From the human T2T-CHM13v2.0 reference genome, Homo sapiens, in the NCBI RefSeq assembly GCF_009914755.1, contig NC_060925.1: DNA of 64,000 nt; one strand, given 5' to 3'. The notes below the pieces were generated by a model that was not told the DNA's origin, made no database searches, and worked only from the letters and a program-made list of their open reading frames with translations. Below, piece after piece: positions 17,232-31,247 of the stretch. Numbering within the stretch: position 1 is the stretch's first letter; every line of letters starts with the position of its first letter. Both the position numbers and the translations under genes were made by a program.

Positions 17232-17538
17232 GTTATGGGGGTGTTCTAATCCACTGTGACTCTGTCCTTAAATAAAAGGGAGATTTGGGCATAGAGACAG
17301 GCACACAGGGAGGATGCCATATGAGAATTGACACTGTGCTGTCACAAGCCAAGGAACTACTGGAAGGAGAGAAAGAGGACTGGAACAGTTCCTTCCTTAG
17401 CACCTTTTCAGGCAGCCTAGCCCTGCCAGCTTCTTGATCTGGACTTCTCACCTCTAGAATTGTGAGGCAATAAATTTCTGTTGCTTAAGTTACCCAGTTT
17501 GTGGTACTTTATTACAGGAGCCCTAGGAAAATAATTCA
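17232..17538 (+). mobile_element. MLT1B/C-type MaLR LTR, followed by a MIR fragment
   Basis: '...tctagaattgtgaggcaataaatttctgttgcttaagttacccagtttgtggtactttattacaggagccctaggaaaataa' matches an MLT1 3' end. Confidence 0.8.
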
Positions 17539-18093
17539 TTATATAATCCGCTAAGGTAGATATGATCATTGTCTCCAATTTCCATATGAAGAAACTATGC
17601 CTCAGGCATTGTGTCAGTTGTCCAAAATCATACATTCCTGACTCACTTCAATGAATTTTTCATTCAGCAAAATTTTTAAGGTACCTTAAAAAATTATGTT
17701 AACTCTTAGGTCCTTGCTTTAAAGCTTCAATGGGCTTTTCCTTTGCAAAGAATAAAATCCTAATACTTAAGCATAGCTCTCTTTCCTGGCTATGTTTCTG
17801 ACATCCTCTTGTACCATGCTCCTCCTTAATCATTCTGAGGTTACATCTTAAGTCTTTTCCCCTTGCCATTCCCACTTCTTGGAATACTTTCCCGTCAACT
17901 CTTCAAAGAACTGGCTTCTTTAAGTATTTGGTCTCAGTTCAAATGTCACTTCCCTGTAAAAGCTTCCTGGCCATCAAGCCTTCTTTACACACTCTATTTT
18001 ATTTTTTCATGGTTCCTACAACAACCTAATATATTCTCAATTGATTAACTGTTTTGCTGACTACTGCCTTCCACAAGAATGGAAAGAAAATGT

Positions 18094-18330
18094 GGCCAGG
18101 TGCAGCGGCTCACACCTGTAATCCCACCACTTCAGGAGGCTGAGGCAACATGGCAAAACCTTCTCTTCAAAAAATTTTTTAAAAGTTAGCTGGATGTTGT
18201 GGAGGCAAGAGGATCACTTGAGGGTCACTTGAGTCCATGAGGTCAAGGCTGCAGCGAGTCATGTTTGCACCACTGCACTCTAGCCTAGGTGACAGAGCTA
18301 GTCCCTATCAAAAAAAAAAAAAAAAAAAAA
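18094..18330 (+). mobile_element. AluJ-like element with internal deletions
   Basis: Alu head, partial arms and poly-A. Confidence 0.85.
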
Positions 18331-19131
18331 GAATGGAGAGAATGCTACATGAGAGAAAGGATCTTATTTATCATGTTCACCTCCCAAGAGGTGAACATAT
18401 CCCCCAAATCCTGATAGAGAGAAGATGCTCATTAATATTTAATGCATGACCATGTGCAGACTTGGGAGGAAAAATATGCCTCAGCCTATCAAAATTGGAT
18501 CCTTAATAAACAAGGATGCTTCTCCATCATTTCCCCACAACACCAAACAAGTGTGGCTCACTGTGGATGTTTAAGCAAATGCATTGTTTTTCCAGTTATA
18601 TATCTGGTAGAGATGAGGTCATTGATAGGAATGGGAAGACGATCTCCTTTTCTTGTGATGACCCAGCATGGCTGAACACTCAGTGACTACCACTGCACTT
18701 TGTTGTACTTTCAGCATTAGAGATGCCAGCCCTGTAGGATATAAAACAGGAACATCTAGTCCTCAATTATATTCCCACTTTAGATACTGACAGCAAAGGG
18801 TTTGTCACAATGACAACTATACACTCCCAATATCACAGAAGAAGGAGGAATAAAAGGGTATATTATGAGTGACTGAAGTTTAGAATAAATCAATAAATAT
18901 TATGTCCCTCATCCATAGAAACCACAAAGGTCTAGTAATGCTAAGGATATAACAAGAAAATAATATGAATATTTGCTTCCCCTTCCTAGTGTAATAGAGT
19001 AAGTTACAAATGGCTTCAGGAAGGGGAGAGAGGAAGAAGAGTGGATGAGATACGTAAGAGTGCCTGAGGGCTAATTTTATGAAAGCTTTGGGAAGTTTTA
19101 AGAAAAAGAAAAGCTATTTTTCAAGGTACAT

Positions 19132-19142
19132 GCGTGTACGCA

Positions 19143-19176
<34 letters not shown>

Positions 19177-19185
19177 TGTGTGTGA
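19132..19185. repeat. (TG)n microsatellite
   Basis: Directly visible. Confidence 0.95.
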
Positions 19186-19644
19186 AAGACAGAAGAAAGA
19201 GGGAGACCTAGGAAGACTATGAGACACTAAGAGAAAAATTAAGGTAAAAAAGACGCACACTTAGAAAAACACACATAGGCAGGAGGGAGGAGGTTAAGAC
19301 ATTTTACTATGTGCTGTGAATGGAAACTACAAACCATTTCTGATATATGCAATATATATACATATATACACACATATACATATGTATTTAAAGATTTAAA
19401 TTACATTTTCTCTTTTTTTAGAGATGTGGTTTCACTATGTCACTCTGCCCAGGCTGCAGTACAGTGGTTGTTCACAGTCATGATCATAGCACATTATAGT
19501 CTTGAACTCCTGGGCTCAAGCAATCCTCCTGTATTAGTCTCCCCAGTAGTTGGGATTACTAGCATATGCCACCATGTCCACCCTTATGCTTTTTAAAGTG
19601 AAAAACCATACTAAGAATGAGGCAGCTCAACTTAGTAATAAAAA

Positions 19645-20520
19645 CATTTCGAATGTAAAGAAATTTACAAAAGAAAAACAATCAACCCCATTAAAATTGG
19701 GCAAAGGGAATGAACAGACAGTTTTCAAAAGAATACATGCATGCAGCCAACAAACATACAAAAAAAAAGTTCAACATCACTGATCATTAGAGAAATGCAA
19801 ATCAAAACCATAATGAGATACCATCTCACACCAGTCAGAATAGCTATCATTAAAAAGTCAAAAAATAACAGATGCTAGTGAGGCTATGGAGAAAAGGGAA
19901 TGCTTATACACTGTTGGTGGGTGTGCAAATCAGTTCAATCATTGTGCAAAGAATAGTGATTCCTCAAAGAGCTAAAAGCAGAGCTACCATTCGACCCAGT
20001 AATCCCACTACTGGGTATATACCCAGATGAATATAAACCATTCTACCATAAAGACACATGCATACAAATGTTCATTGCAGCACTGTTCACAATAGCAAAA
20101 GTATAGGATCAACCTAAGTGCCCATCAATGACAGATTGGATAAAGAGAATGTGGTACATATACACCATGGAATACTATGCCGCCACTAAAAAATGATATC
20201 ATGTCTTTTGCTGGAATATGGATGGACCTTCTATTATCCTTAGCAAACTAATGCAGGAACAGAAAACCAAATACAGCATACTCTCAGTTATAAGTGGGAG
20301 CTAAATGATGAGAACTCATGAACACAAAGAATAAAACAGACACTGGGGTCTACTTGAGGGTGGAGGGTGAGAAAAGGAAGAGAAGCAGAAAAGATAACTA
20401 TTGGGTACTAGGTTTAATACCTGGGTGATGAAATAATCTGTACAATAACCCCCTGTGACACCAGTTTACCTATGTAACAAATGCCCCTAAACTTAAAATA
20501 AAAGTTAAAAAAAAAAAGAA
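19645..20520 (+). mobile_element. Older L1PA/L1PB 3' fragment (ORF2 C-terminus, 3' UTR, poly-A)
   Basis: 'catcactgatcattagagaaatgcaaatcaaaaccataatgagataccatctcacaccagtcagaat' through 'aacttaaaataaaagttaaaaaaa'. Confidence 0.92.
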
Positions 20521-20652
20521 AATTAAAATCTCCTTATCCTCTACCTGGTAATATGAAAAACACATATCTTTCATTCATTCCTTTCAACTGATGAGGAAAC
20601 TGAGGCAACGGGAGTTAGTAAAAGTCCACATTGAGATATGAGACCCACCACT

Positions 20653-21051
<399 letters not shown>

Positions 21052-22284
21052 CTAATTGTAATAGCTTTGTATTTGAAAAATTATTGATTCATACTCTATA
21101 TGTTATTATTTTGTATGTGATGACAACAGAATATATTATCATGCTCCTTTTGTGAATCTCATTCATAATATAAAGTATAAATTTGTGATTTTGCTTTAAT
21201 TTGAAATATTAATTTCAAATATGTTATCACAATTTGATACAAACTATTGACAGTAAATCTGTGGATTAAGTAATGTCTTAGTAGGTATTGGGAAAATTTG
21301 AAACTAGTAACATGGAGGACTATTGTCATTGTTTATTTCAAAGCCAGTTAAAATTCTGCAAAGCAGTGTAAATAAAAATAATTTCAAGAAATTTATAAAA
21401 TACTGAGATTATGGTGTATAAACAACTTTAGATTCTTTGTTTAAGAAATTCTGCCAGTTTGTAATACATGCTTCATTCAAAGTAGCTAAGGGCTGTACCT
21501 GGCTAATAGTAGGCACGTAATATTTGTTGAAAAGGAATACTGAGTAGCTGGGACCTCCTGAGTAGCTGGGACCACACACATTTAACCTGTATTTATAAAA
21601 TTACTGTTTAGAGAATAACATTTGATGGAATCATGCTTTTACTTTCTGCTTATGACTCAATTGTTTGTACTGACATTAACATCCCAAATCCTTAGCATGG
21701 CCTACAAGGCCCTGAGCAATGTGGCACCTGCTGAAGCCTGCTGCCTCATTTAATAACTCTTTGTCTCTTTCCCAGATCCAGCCACTCTAACATTTTTTAG
21801 TTCCTGGACCAAGACAAGCTCTTCCCAGAACCTGACCTTTGTACCTGTTCTTTATTCCTGGAGTATTTTTCCCCTGACAAATTACTTATCATCTATCATA
21901 AATCAGGTTAAATGGCACTAACTCAGGGAAGGCTTCCCTAACTGCCTCCCTTCTCCAACCAAATTAGGAACAATTATATGGCCACATAGTATCGAATCAA
22001 GTTTATAATTTTAAAATAATTGGGAGATTTTGTTGTTTAACACTTGTTTTCACTATAAGACTGTAATTACATGCAAGTAAGAACCATGCCTGTTTGTTCA
22101 CTCCTGCCACAGTCAGAATAGTGCCTGGAATATGCAGTAAGGGCTGAACAAACACTAAATAAATGAACAAGTGAATAAATGGATATTGTCTCGTTTTTAG
22201 AACAGAGTACTAAATGGATCATGAACACTATCTGGTATGTCACGTAGGTAATTTACAAGGGCTACAATTTCAGCTCAGATTTAC

Positions 22285-22389
22285 CTTTTCCTGGATACAG
22301 GTCTTGATAGGTCTCTTGATGTCATTTCACTTCAGATTCTTCTTTAGAAAACTTGGACAATAGCATTTGCTGTCTTGTCCAAATTGTTA
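22285..22389 (-). ncRNA. Candidate 105-nt lncRNA exon
   Basis: Minus-strand acceptor ttcttag|taacaa and donor gaaaag|gtaaat. The length matches an exon I recall from the paralogous chr1 lncRNA. Confidence 0.55.
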
Positions 22390-23274
22390 CTAAGAATCAA
22401 GAGAGATATCTGACATGAAATGACATTGGAAAACATTAAACACGATTGAAATAATGCTAGCCAATATGGTTATTATTAGAAACCAATTACATTTTCAACT
22501 TAAAAATAGTAATACTTATTGCAGACTCAAATGTGCTTATTCTAAAACAAGTAAATGTTTGCCTATGGTCTGAGATTCTAATCCACGGAGTTCATTCTAA
22601 TCCACATTCAACACTATCATGTACCAGTGGGCCTCATGACCCACCTAGCCCTGTGATTTTTCAGGTTCACTTTTCTAAACTTGTGAATTAAATACTTATT
22701 TTCTTAGTTCAGAAGAGGAAAAAAACTCTTGTAATTGTTGCCCATTTCAGGAGAAATCTTGCATATGAAAACAAGAGATAAATATACACAACCGACGGCT
22801 GTGGTTTAAACAAAATCTTGAGAATGTTTTTTGACCTTATACATTTGTGCTTTAGTATAACAAAATGATATAAACAAAGGTAACTTTTAATAGAACCAGT
22901 CACTAAATTAAAAAAATGACAAATTCTTCTGCTTAGCTAAGCAACAGAGAAGGTAAAATACTAATTCAATTCATCAATTTAAGCAATACTCATTAAGAGC
23001 CAAGTATGTGCTTACTGAATAAGCTGCTAAGGTTTGGTGGTTACAGAGTGTGCGGTGAAATGATGTCTACATCACAGTCCAACATTCACAGAGTTTAAAA
23101 GCCTACCAAGAATCAAGACAGACACAAATACCTAACATAGACGTTTGTATGTGATAAGAGAGCCAGAGTACAATTTAGGAGAAGAAAATTTTATGGAAGG
23201 AAGCTTCATTTCCATTAGACCAGAAAAGACAGCACATTTGAAGGCCTGAATAAGAAATATTCTGGATAAGATAT

Positions 23275-23720
23275 TGTGGCTGCTACCAGAATGGCTCTTG
23301 ATGATCTCTACCTCTTGGTATTTATACCCTTATATAATCTCTTTCCTATAGTATAAGCTGGTCCCAGGTATTTGTTTCTATTGAATAGAATAGAACAAAA
23401 GTAATGAGATGCCACTTCTGAGATTAGATTATAAGATACTGTGAATTTCATCTTGTGCCCTCTCCCTCTCTTTCTCTTGCCCTCTCATTTGAATGAAGCC
23501 AACTGGCATGCTGTCAGTGGCCCAGTGTAAGTCCTGTTACAAGAAATTGATGATTACCTGTAGCCAACCCTAAGTGAAGAACTGAGGTCCTCAGTCCTAC
23601 AAATGGAGAGAAACTGAATCTAGCTAAGAACCATGTGAGTGAGCTGGGAAGAAGATCCACCCTCAGTTGAAATTTAAGATGACATATTGAGCAGACATAC
23701 TGAGACACACTGAAAGTAAG
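23275..23720 (+). mobile_element. MLT1E/F-type MaLR LTR fragment
   Basis: 'gatgccacttctgagattagattataaga...gaagccaactggcatgctg...aactgaggtcctcagtcc...aaccatgtgagtgagctgggaagaagatcc'. Confidence 0.7.
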
Positions 23721-25156
23721 AGAGCAGGAGGAAACAAAACCAGGGTCATACAAAGAACACAACTGATTTTGAGATTCTCACATAAGTATTACACCTTCAG
23801 TGAGCACGTGTACTAGAAATTAAAAAAATAAATTAAATAAACCTTCAAAAAGAGCTAGCAAATAAATTTCCCTATGGTCTCAGCTCTGAGTGGAGAGAGA
23901 AAATGTTCCCTGTGGAGTTTATAGCCAGAATCCAGCTCTCAAACAGGTTTCAGCCTGAACTCACACAATCTGTGTGGCTTCCAAATTTGCAAGCTGAGAA
24001 TTTAATTCAAAGTGGTCTCAGGTTGATAGCAGTCCAAAATGCTAGGTAGGAAAAAAAATCCTCTCTGGACAAATAAATCATCAAAGCAAGCTCATAAGAG
24101 CAGGTTTCAAAGGTCATGAGCTTCTAACACACACACAAAAATCACACACACAAAATGGGGGTAGCAGCAACATGGGTAGCATATTCAAACTTGAAAAGAC
24201 TTTAAATATTTGTATTATTAGATGTAGATTATGAAACACATATTTTAATGTGGTTAATTTTTTTAAGGAATCAAAACTATGAGTAAAGACCAAGAAAATT
24301 GTGCTGGATGGCCACTTCCACCATGGCTCCCCTCCTATTTAAGTTTGGGTACTGTGTCACCCGAAGTCTTCAGGCACATTGTTCCAGGTTTGGGTTTGCC
24401 TATGAAAGAAACTCATGAGAGCTGGAAGTGAGGAGTGAAGAGGAGGTCTTCACATAAAGCAGGCTTAAGGATTAGACATAGCAGGTTTGACAGATGTGAT
24501 GGCTCGCAGAATTCTTTATGAGCTCCCACTGTCCATCTGGATAAGATTTACAGACCTTTCAGAAATTCCTATAAGCTTGGGTTCTGTGCCCACACTCTAG
24601 ACTGTCAGGCTAAGATCTCTGATATAAAACAGACCTCTTCTGATTTTGTCTAGCTGCTTTTCTAATATCTATTCACCAAGCTCTTCCAATAATAGCATAA
24701 GGCCCTAACTAATATTAAACTTTTATCATTATAATACATAGGATGTCTTCTGTTTTCCTGATCAAATTCTGACTACTATTAAAATATAAAGAATTGTCCA
24801 GAAATATATAAAAAAAAGAATCACACATTGATCTTCTTTAAATGAAAATATAACAATTGTATGGACTAGGATGATTACAGTTGTTCAGTTCTGACTGTTA
24901 TTTGAAGAAAAAAGCAATAAGAAGCCTCAGCAACTTAACAGAAGGAGCTGCCATTTACTAGGAGAAAAGATTGTGGATGAGAGTGTAGCAAAGGTCAGAA
25001 TTCTGTGAAGCTTGAGATGTCTATTATAATGAATTATCTTTTATACTCACTACAATTTCCTAACAATTTTGGGGTTTATATTTTTGAAAGAGATATACCT
25101 TTAATTTTCTTTCTTTGTACTATTGTTAGGTAACTTTAATGTGCAGATTATACTAC

Positions 25157-25668
25157 AGTGAAAGTTGCCAATGACAAGGCAAAGTCACTTACATCAGACC
25201 CAAAGCAAAGTGGAGCCGGGTCGTGAAAAAGGGGATCTTGTGTGTGTGTCCACGATAAGCACTATCACAAGGACTTTCTATAAACTCACAAGAAATTTCT
25301 GCCCACCCAGCACACTCTGTTTGTCCAGCTCATCCTGTAGGTGTCTCTATAATAGGACCTATCATAAAAAATTCCTCAAGACTGCAGCATTTCAGATAAG
25401 CCACCCTCACAAGAACACTGGCCTAGCAATGGCTGTTTCTGCCAGTAAGTTAACACCAGCTCCTGCATCAGGCCCTGTGACCAATGATGTTTGTTTCAAA
25501 ACAGCTTGCATAGACTTCTTTTTGTCTTTAAATATTTTCCTTACCTCAACCTCTTGGGATGCACCTATGATTCATCATAGCACAAATATCTCAGATTATA
25601 ATCCTTGTTTATTTCTAAATAAATTTATTTCTTTGGAGATCCACTTTTTTGTTATTATACATTGACAT
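25157..25668 (+). mobile_element. Probable ERV1-class solo LTR (MER34/MER39-like)
   Basis: TG...CA ends and an internal aataaa near the 3' end ('aaataaatttatttctttggaga...acattgaca'). Family tentative. Confidence 0.5.
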
Positions 25669-27188
25669 TGTTATCATGAAATTGGTTGGGTGATGTGTCT
25701 TATTTTCTTGTCTCCAGAAGAATTTCTGTAACAGTGCAATTAAACATTCTTTGCCTGTTTGCTAGAACTCACCTGTAAAATTGTCTGAGCAACCAAAGCC
25801 TGGTTTTTGTGTTTAGTTTTTCTTTTGTGATTGGGGAGGGGGGTTTATCGTACTGATTCAAGGTGTGAAGGTAACATCATTTTGATTTTATACATCTTCT
25901 TCAGTCCATTTAAGCATGTTACATAGCGTTGTTTGTTCTTTTCATGATATTCTTTACAGTAGTCTCCTAAATGTTCCCTCTGCTTCTGCCATGAGCCCCT
26001 ACAATCTATTTCAACTCAGAAGCTATAGAGTTTGTTTAAAACATGTAACATATTATGCCACCTTTCTTACTGTAAAACATCCATGGTTTCTCGTAGTATT
26101 TATAGTAAAAGTGAAATTTTTATGATGGCTTGAGAAACTTTTCCCATTTAGATGCCCAAGTGCTGGTCTGGTCTGATCTTCTCATCTTCCCTTGGGTGAT
26201 TCTGTGGCAGTCACACTAGCCTCCTTGCTGCTCCACAAAAACTCCAGCATGATCCTACTTCAGGATATTTTCCATTGTTACTGCATCTGCCTGGAACCTT
26301 TTCTCCCATATAAACATAGAGATTGCTCTTGCCTGTCCTTCAAGTCTATTCTTAAATGTCCCATTCTCTGTGAAGCTTTCCTGCCCACCCTATTTAACTT
26401 ACAGACTTCACTCCCAATTCCCCATCTACTTTAAGAGTCTTCATTTATCATTCCTTGACAAACTGTAAATATACATGTTCACTTTTTTATCGTCTGTCTC
26501 CAAATACTGGAATGTTAAGTTCTGTAATGTCAGATATTTCTGTTTGGTTCACTGGCGTATTCTTAAAGCATGTTACATACTAGGTATACTCAATGAATAT
26601 TTGTTGAATAAATATCACATTGGGCTTATTCCAGAAATTCAAGCTTGTTTCAATAGTTAGAGCAATCTACAAATGTAATTCATTACATTAACTAAAGGAG
26701 CTAAATCACATCACCACCACAATAACGCAGAAAAACACATTTGATACAACTCAATATTCATGTCTGCCTAACAAACATCTCATGATACTAGGAAAAGAGG
26801 AAGGGATATATTATTTTCATGTATAAAACACTAACCATTGTAGCATGCCAATATACTCAAAAATCAATGAAATTCCTATCAAAATCTTAGCATTCCTCTT
26901 AGTCCTCAACAAAGCATTTCTAAAATGTGTACAGAAGACCAAAGGGCCAAAAGAGTCAACTTCTGAAGAAGTGGAAAAAGAAAGTTGAGGAAATCTTAAA
27001 ACATGTTATTGAGCTTAAAGTTGCAAAAATAAACTCATGTACCATAATTCATGAGTAGAAAAATAGACTAGTGGAATAACATAAAAATAAAAACAATGCT
27101 TACATAAAATGTTGTACCTGATTTGGATGTCATTAGAAATCAGTAAGTAAATAGATGGACAATGTAATGAAAGATGCTAGGCAAATAA

Positions 27189-27682
27189 TGTGGTAGGGAG
27201 AATAATGGCCCTCAAAGATGCCCATGCCTAACCCTGGAACCTGTGAATATGTTACACTGAATGCAATAAAGGCTCATCAGATGTGATTAAGGATGCAAAC
27301 CGAGATGGAGAGATCTTCCTGGGTTATCCAGATGGGCCCAGTCTAATCACATGAATTCTTAAAAATGGAGAACCTTTCTTAGCTGAGTCCAGAGAGAGAT
27401 GTGACAATGAAAGAATGGTCAGAGAAATGTGACATTGCCAGCTTTAAAAAGAGAGAGGAGAGGCAATGAGAAAAGGAATGCTGATGTTCTCTAGAAGATA
27501 GAAAAGGCCAGGATATGGATTCTACCCTAGCCGCCATAAAGAAACATGCCTGTCGACAACTTGATTTTAGTTCACTAAAATTCATGCCTGATTTCTGACT
27601 TGTGTACACTGTAAGATGACAAGTTTGTGTTATTTTAGGTCACTTAGTTTGTAGAAATTTGTTACAGCAGTAATAGAACAAG
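27189..27682 (+). mobile_element. MLT1D-type MaLR LTR
   Basis: Starts tgtggtagggagaataatggccctcaaagatg and ends ...tttgttacagcagtaatagaaca. Confidence 0.8.
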
Positions 27683-29137
27683 CGGTTATCCATATGAGGC
27701 AAATTAGATTGGATACCTATCTCCAATAGAAATCAATTCAAGGTGAATTCCAGGAAAATACTTAAAACATTTAGATTAAAAATAAATGAGAATTTTTGTT
27801 ACTTTTGGTAGGTCATAGAACCAAGAAAAACAAACATTAAGGAGTAAAAATGAACATATGACTACATCAAAATATAAAGCTTCTCTATTTGGATGATATC
27901 ATAAGGTGACAAATCATAAACTGTAATATTTGCAACATATATATGAGTGAATAAATATACACTTAGAATATATATGAACCCCCAAAAATCAACAGGAAAA
28001 ATAACACATAGAACAAGCAAAATGCATAAACAAAAGAAGGCAAAACAAAAATAATGACTCATAATTATATGAAAAGAAGCTCATCTTCATAGATGAGCAG
28101 ATAAATGCAAATTAAAACCACCCTGAGATGCTTTTTACATCCATGAGCCTGATAAAAGTTAGAGTCTAAAAGTAATAATTAACAAAGATGGGAAGTAACA
28201 GAAAATCTTGTCCATTACTGGTTAAAGTATAAACTGATACAGCTACTTTATAGAATATTACATTATAGAATAAAGTTGTGAGTATGTATATGCAGTGACT
28301 CAGCATCTTCATTGCTAGTATGTACTCAAGAGAAACTTACAGGAGTGGACTAGGAAGTAAATACAAAATGATTACAACATTGTTTGTTATATCAAAAAAT
28401 AAAAAAGACACCCAATTTTCCAGCAAAAAAAATAAGTAAAAATAAATCCTGGTGTATTCTAACAATGGAATAATATATAGCAATTAAAATAAATCAACTA
28501 TTACTGTACATATGAATGTAAGTATCAGCAAAACATATTGTTTAGTGAAAAAGAAGCTGAAGAAGAATATATACAATATGGTTACGTTTATATGAAGTCC
28601 AAAAACTTGCAAAATAAAGAAATGTATTTAGAAATAGATTCACATGTGAGAAAACTAGAAGAAAATTAATGAAAGGATAAAAGGGATAGCAGTAATTCTG
28701 AGTAGTTGAGGGGATTTCAATTGGAAAAAAATAGTATCATATTCTTTAAGTCAGGTAGTGGGTATTAGCATTTGTTTTACCATCGTTCTTTATTCTTATA
28801 GCTACACTATATATTTTCAATGTATTTAATGTATTTTTTGCATAATTAAATATTATGCAATAAAAATGAGAAAACAAAAAAGTAGAAAATGATAAATTAC
28901 AATAAATGGAGAAAAAATTATAATCTAGTTGAGTAATGGTATATTACATAGCTATTTTCTTAAGTAGATGTATGTACATGATGTATGCACGATTGTACAT
29001 ACATGTTCTTAATTATATATAAATATATATGTACATATTTTTAATATAAAATACTAAACAAAGTACACCAAAATATTAGCTCCTATGTTAGTGAGATAAT
29101 GTTTTGTTTTTTTGTATTTTAAGTTTTACATAGTAGG

Positions 29138-29517
29138 TGTATTTGTCTGTTTTCATACTGCTATAAAGAACTGCCCAAGACTGGGTAATTTATAAAGGAA
29201 AGAAGTTTAATTGGCTCACAGTTCAGCACAGCTTGGGAGGCCTCAGGAAATCTACAATCATGGCGGAAGACAAAGAGAAGCAAGCCAGCTTCTTCGCAAG
29301 GCAGCATGAAGAAGTGCCGAGCAAAGGGGAAAGAATCCCTTATAAAACCATCAAATCTCGTGAGAACTCACTATCACAAGAACAGCACAGGGGAAACTGC
29401 CCCCATGATTCAATTACCTCCACCTGGTCTCTCCCTTGACCTGTGGGGATTATGGGGGCTATGGGGATTACAATTCAAGATGAGATTCAGGTGGGGATAC
29501 AAAGCCTAACCATATCA
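29138..29517 (-). mobile_element. THE1/MSTA solo LTR
   Basis: The reverse strand begins tgatatggttaggctttgtatccccacc. 5-bp TSD gtagg at 29133-29137 and 29518-29522. Confidence 0.9.
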
Positions 29518-30347
29518 GTAGGCATGTGTTGAATTTTAAACTCAGAGAAAAATACTAGTGTTTTTATAGGATTCTTACTAAAGAAAAACCAGAAAGTAAT
29601 AAACCATCTACGCTAAGACATAAAATTCAGTTGTTTAGTTACAAGATAGAATGTGGCCTTGTAAGAAGGCAAAATTAACTTCTAACATACAAAGCCTTAG
29701 AGAAGATTCAAGTGACTGACGGATCTTAAACAGAGCTATTATTACAACTCAAACTGCAGTAAAATATCCTCAGCAACATAGATGTGTGTGTTTCACTAGT
29801 CAGAGCAATACAAATTTAATGCAACTCCATTGGTGGTGTTTTTAATCAGACAATTTCTGAAGATGTCCTGGCTTATTCATAGATGCAAGCCAAATCTCTA
29901 GAAGAGTACCATAATAAGAAAAAAAAGAATACAGGCAATTGAGAGCTGTTCCAAAGTTCAGGGAGTTTTTGTAAGGAATTAATAAATAAAAATGTTCTTG
30001 AAAGAGAGAAATTAATATGCAGTTCATACTGCCAGAATTGCAGGCAATTTATCAAACTCCCCTAATCCTCCAAAATCGCTACTTTTTTTTGACACACACT
30101 TTACAGTACAGAAGAAAATGTCTCTGGCAATAAATCACAAAGTTAAAATTACCTAGTCTACAATTAACTAGACAGTGATGGTAAATCATTTTCTACCAAA
30201 AGAAAGAAATGTCTTGTCTATTCAGGTTCTGCTCTACTTAAAAGTCTTCCTTGTTGGCGAGCAAGTGGTTAGAAAATCATATTTTATACGTACATTCAGC
30301 TTAACTATCATTCAGCTCAGGAAGATGACTCAGGGCCTTATCCATAC

Positions 30348-30505
30348 CTTCAAGTTTGCTCTTAGCAAGTAATTGTTTCAGTATCTATATCAAAAATGGC
30401 TTAAGTCTGCAACATGTTTCTGAATGATTAACAAGGTGATAGTCAGTTCTTCATTGAATCCTGGATGCTTTATTTTTCTTAATAAGAGGAATTCATATGG
30501 ATCAG
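30348..30505 (-). ncRNA. Candidate 158-nt lncRNA exon
   Basis: Strong minus-strand acceptor (tttttttctag|ctgatc) and donor (ttgaag|gtatgg). The length matches an exon I recall from the chr1 paralog. Confidence 0.6.
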
Positions 30506-30540
30506 CTAGAAAAAAATTAAGAGGAAAATCACATGGAAAG

Positions 30541-30813
30541 TTATATATTATATATCTATTATATATATAATATTATATATCTATTATATATATAATATTA
30601 TATATCTATTATATATATAATATTATATATCTATTATATATATATTATATATCTATTATATATTATATATCTATTGTACATATATTATATATCTATTATA
30701 TAATATTATAGATCTATTATATATATAACATTGTATATCTATTACATATATATTATATCTTATATCTTATATATTATATATCCATTATATATATAATATT
30801 ATATATTATATAT
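30541..30813. repeat. AT-rich minisatellite (~23-bp unit tatatctattatatatataatat)
   Basis: About a dozen degenerate copies visible. Confidence 0.95.
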
Positions 30814-30948
30814 CATTTCCAAATTCCCCAGCGTTCAATATTTGTCAGTGCAAGTAAAGAGCCTTAGTGCTGATGAGGTTTGAGGTATGACCATTTGGCC
30901 AGAATTTATGAACTCTACATGTCGCTTGATGTGTGCTTCAGGGTACAC

Positions 30949-31247
30949 TTTTTTTTTTTTTTTTTTGAGACGGAGTCTTGCTCTGTCGCCCAGGCTGGAG
31001 TGCAGCGGTGCGATCTCAGCTCACCGCAAGCTCCGTCTCCCGGGTTCACGCCATTCTCCTGCCTGAGCCTCCTGAGTAGCTGGGACTACAGGCGCCCGCC
31101 ACTATGCCCTGCTAATTTTTTGTATTTTTAGTACAGACGGGGTTTCACCATGTTAGCCAGGATGGTCTCGATCTCCTGACCTCGTGATCCACCCGCCTCG
31201 GCCTCCCAAAGTGCTGGAATTACAGGTGTGAGCCACCACGCCCGGCC
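30949..31247 (-). mobile_element. AluY element
   Basis: CpG-rich, with AluY diagnostics (gcaagctccgtctcccgggttcacgcc, gttagccaggatgg). TSD agggtacactttt. Confidence 0.97.

Noticed and set aside
21540-21575. Tandem ctgagtagctgggacc
   Set aside because: A tiny Alu-derived fragment, too short to interpret.
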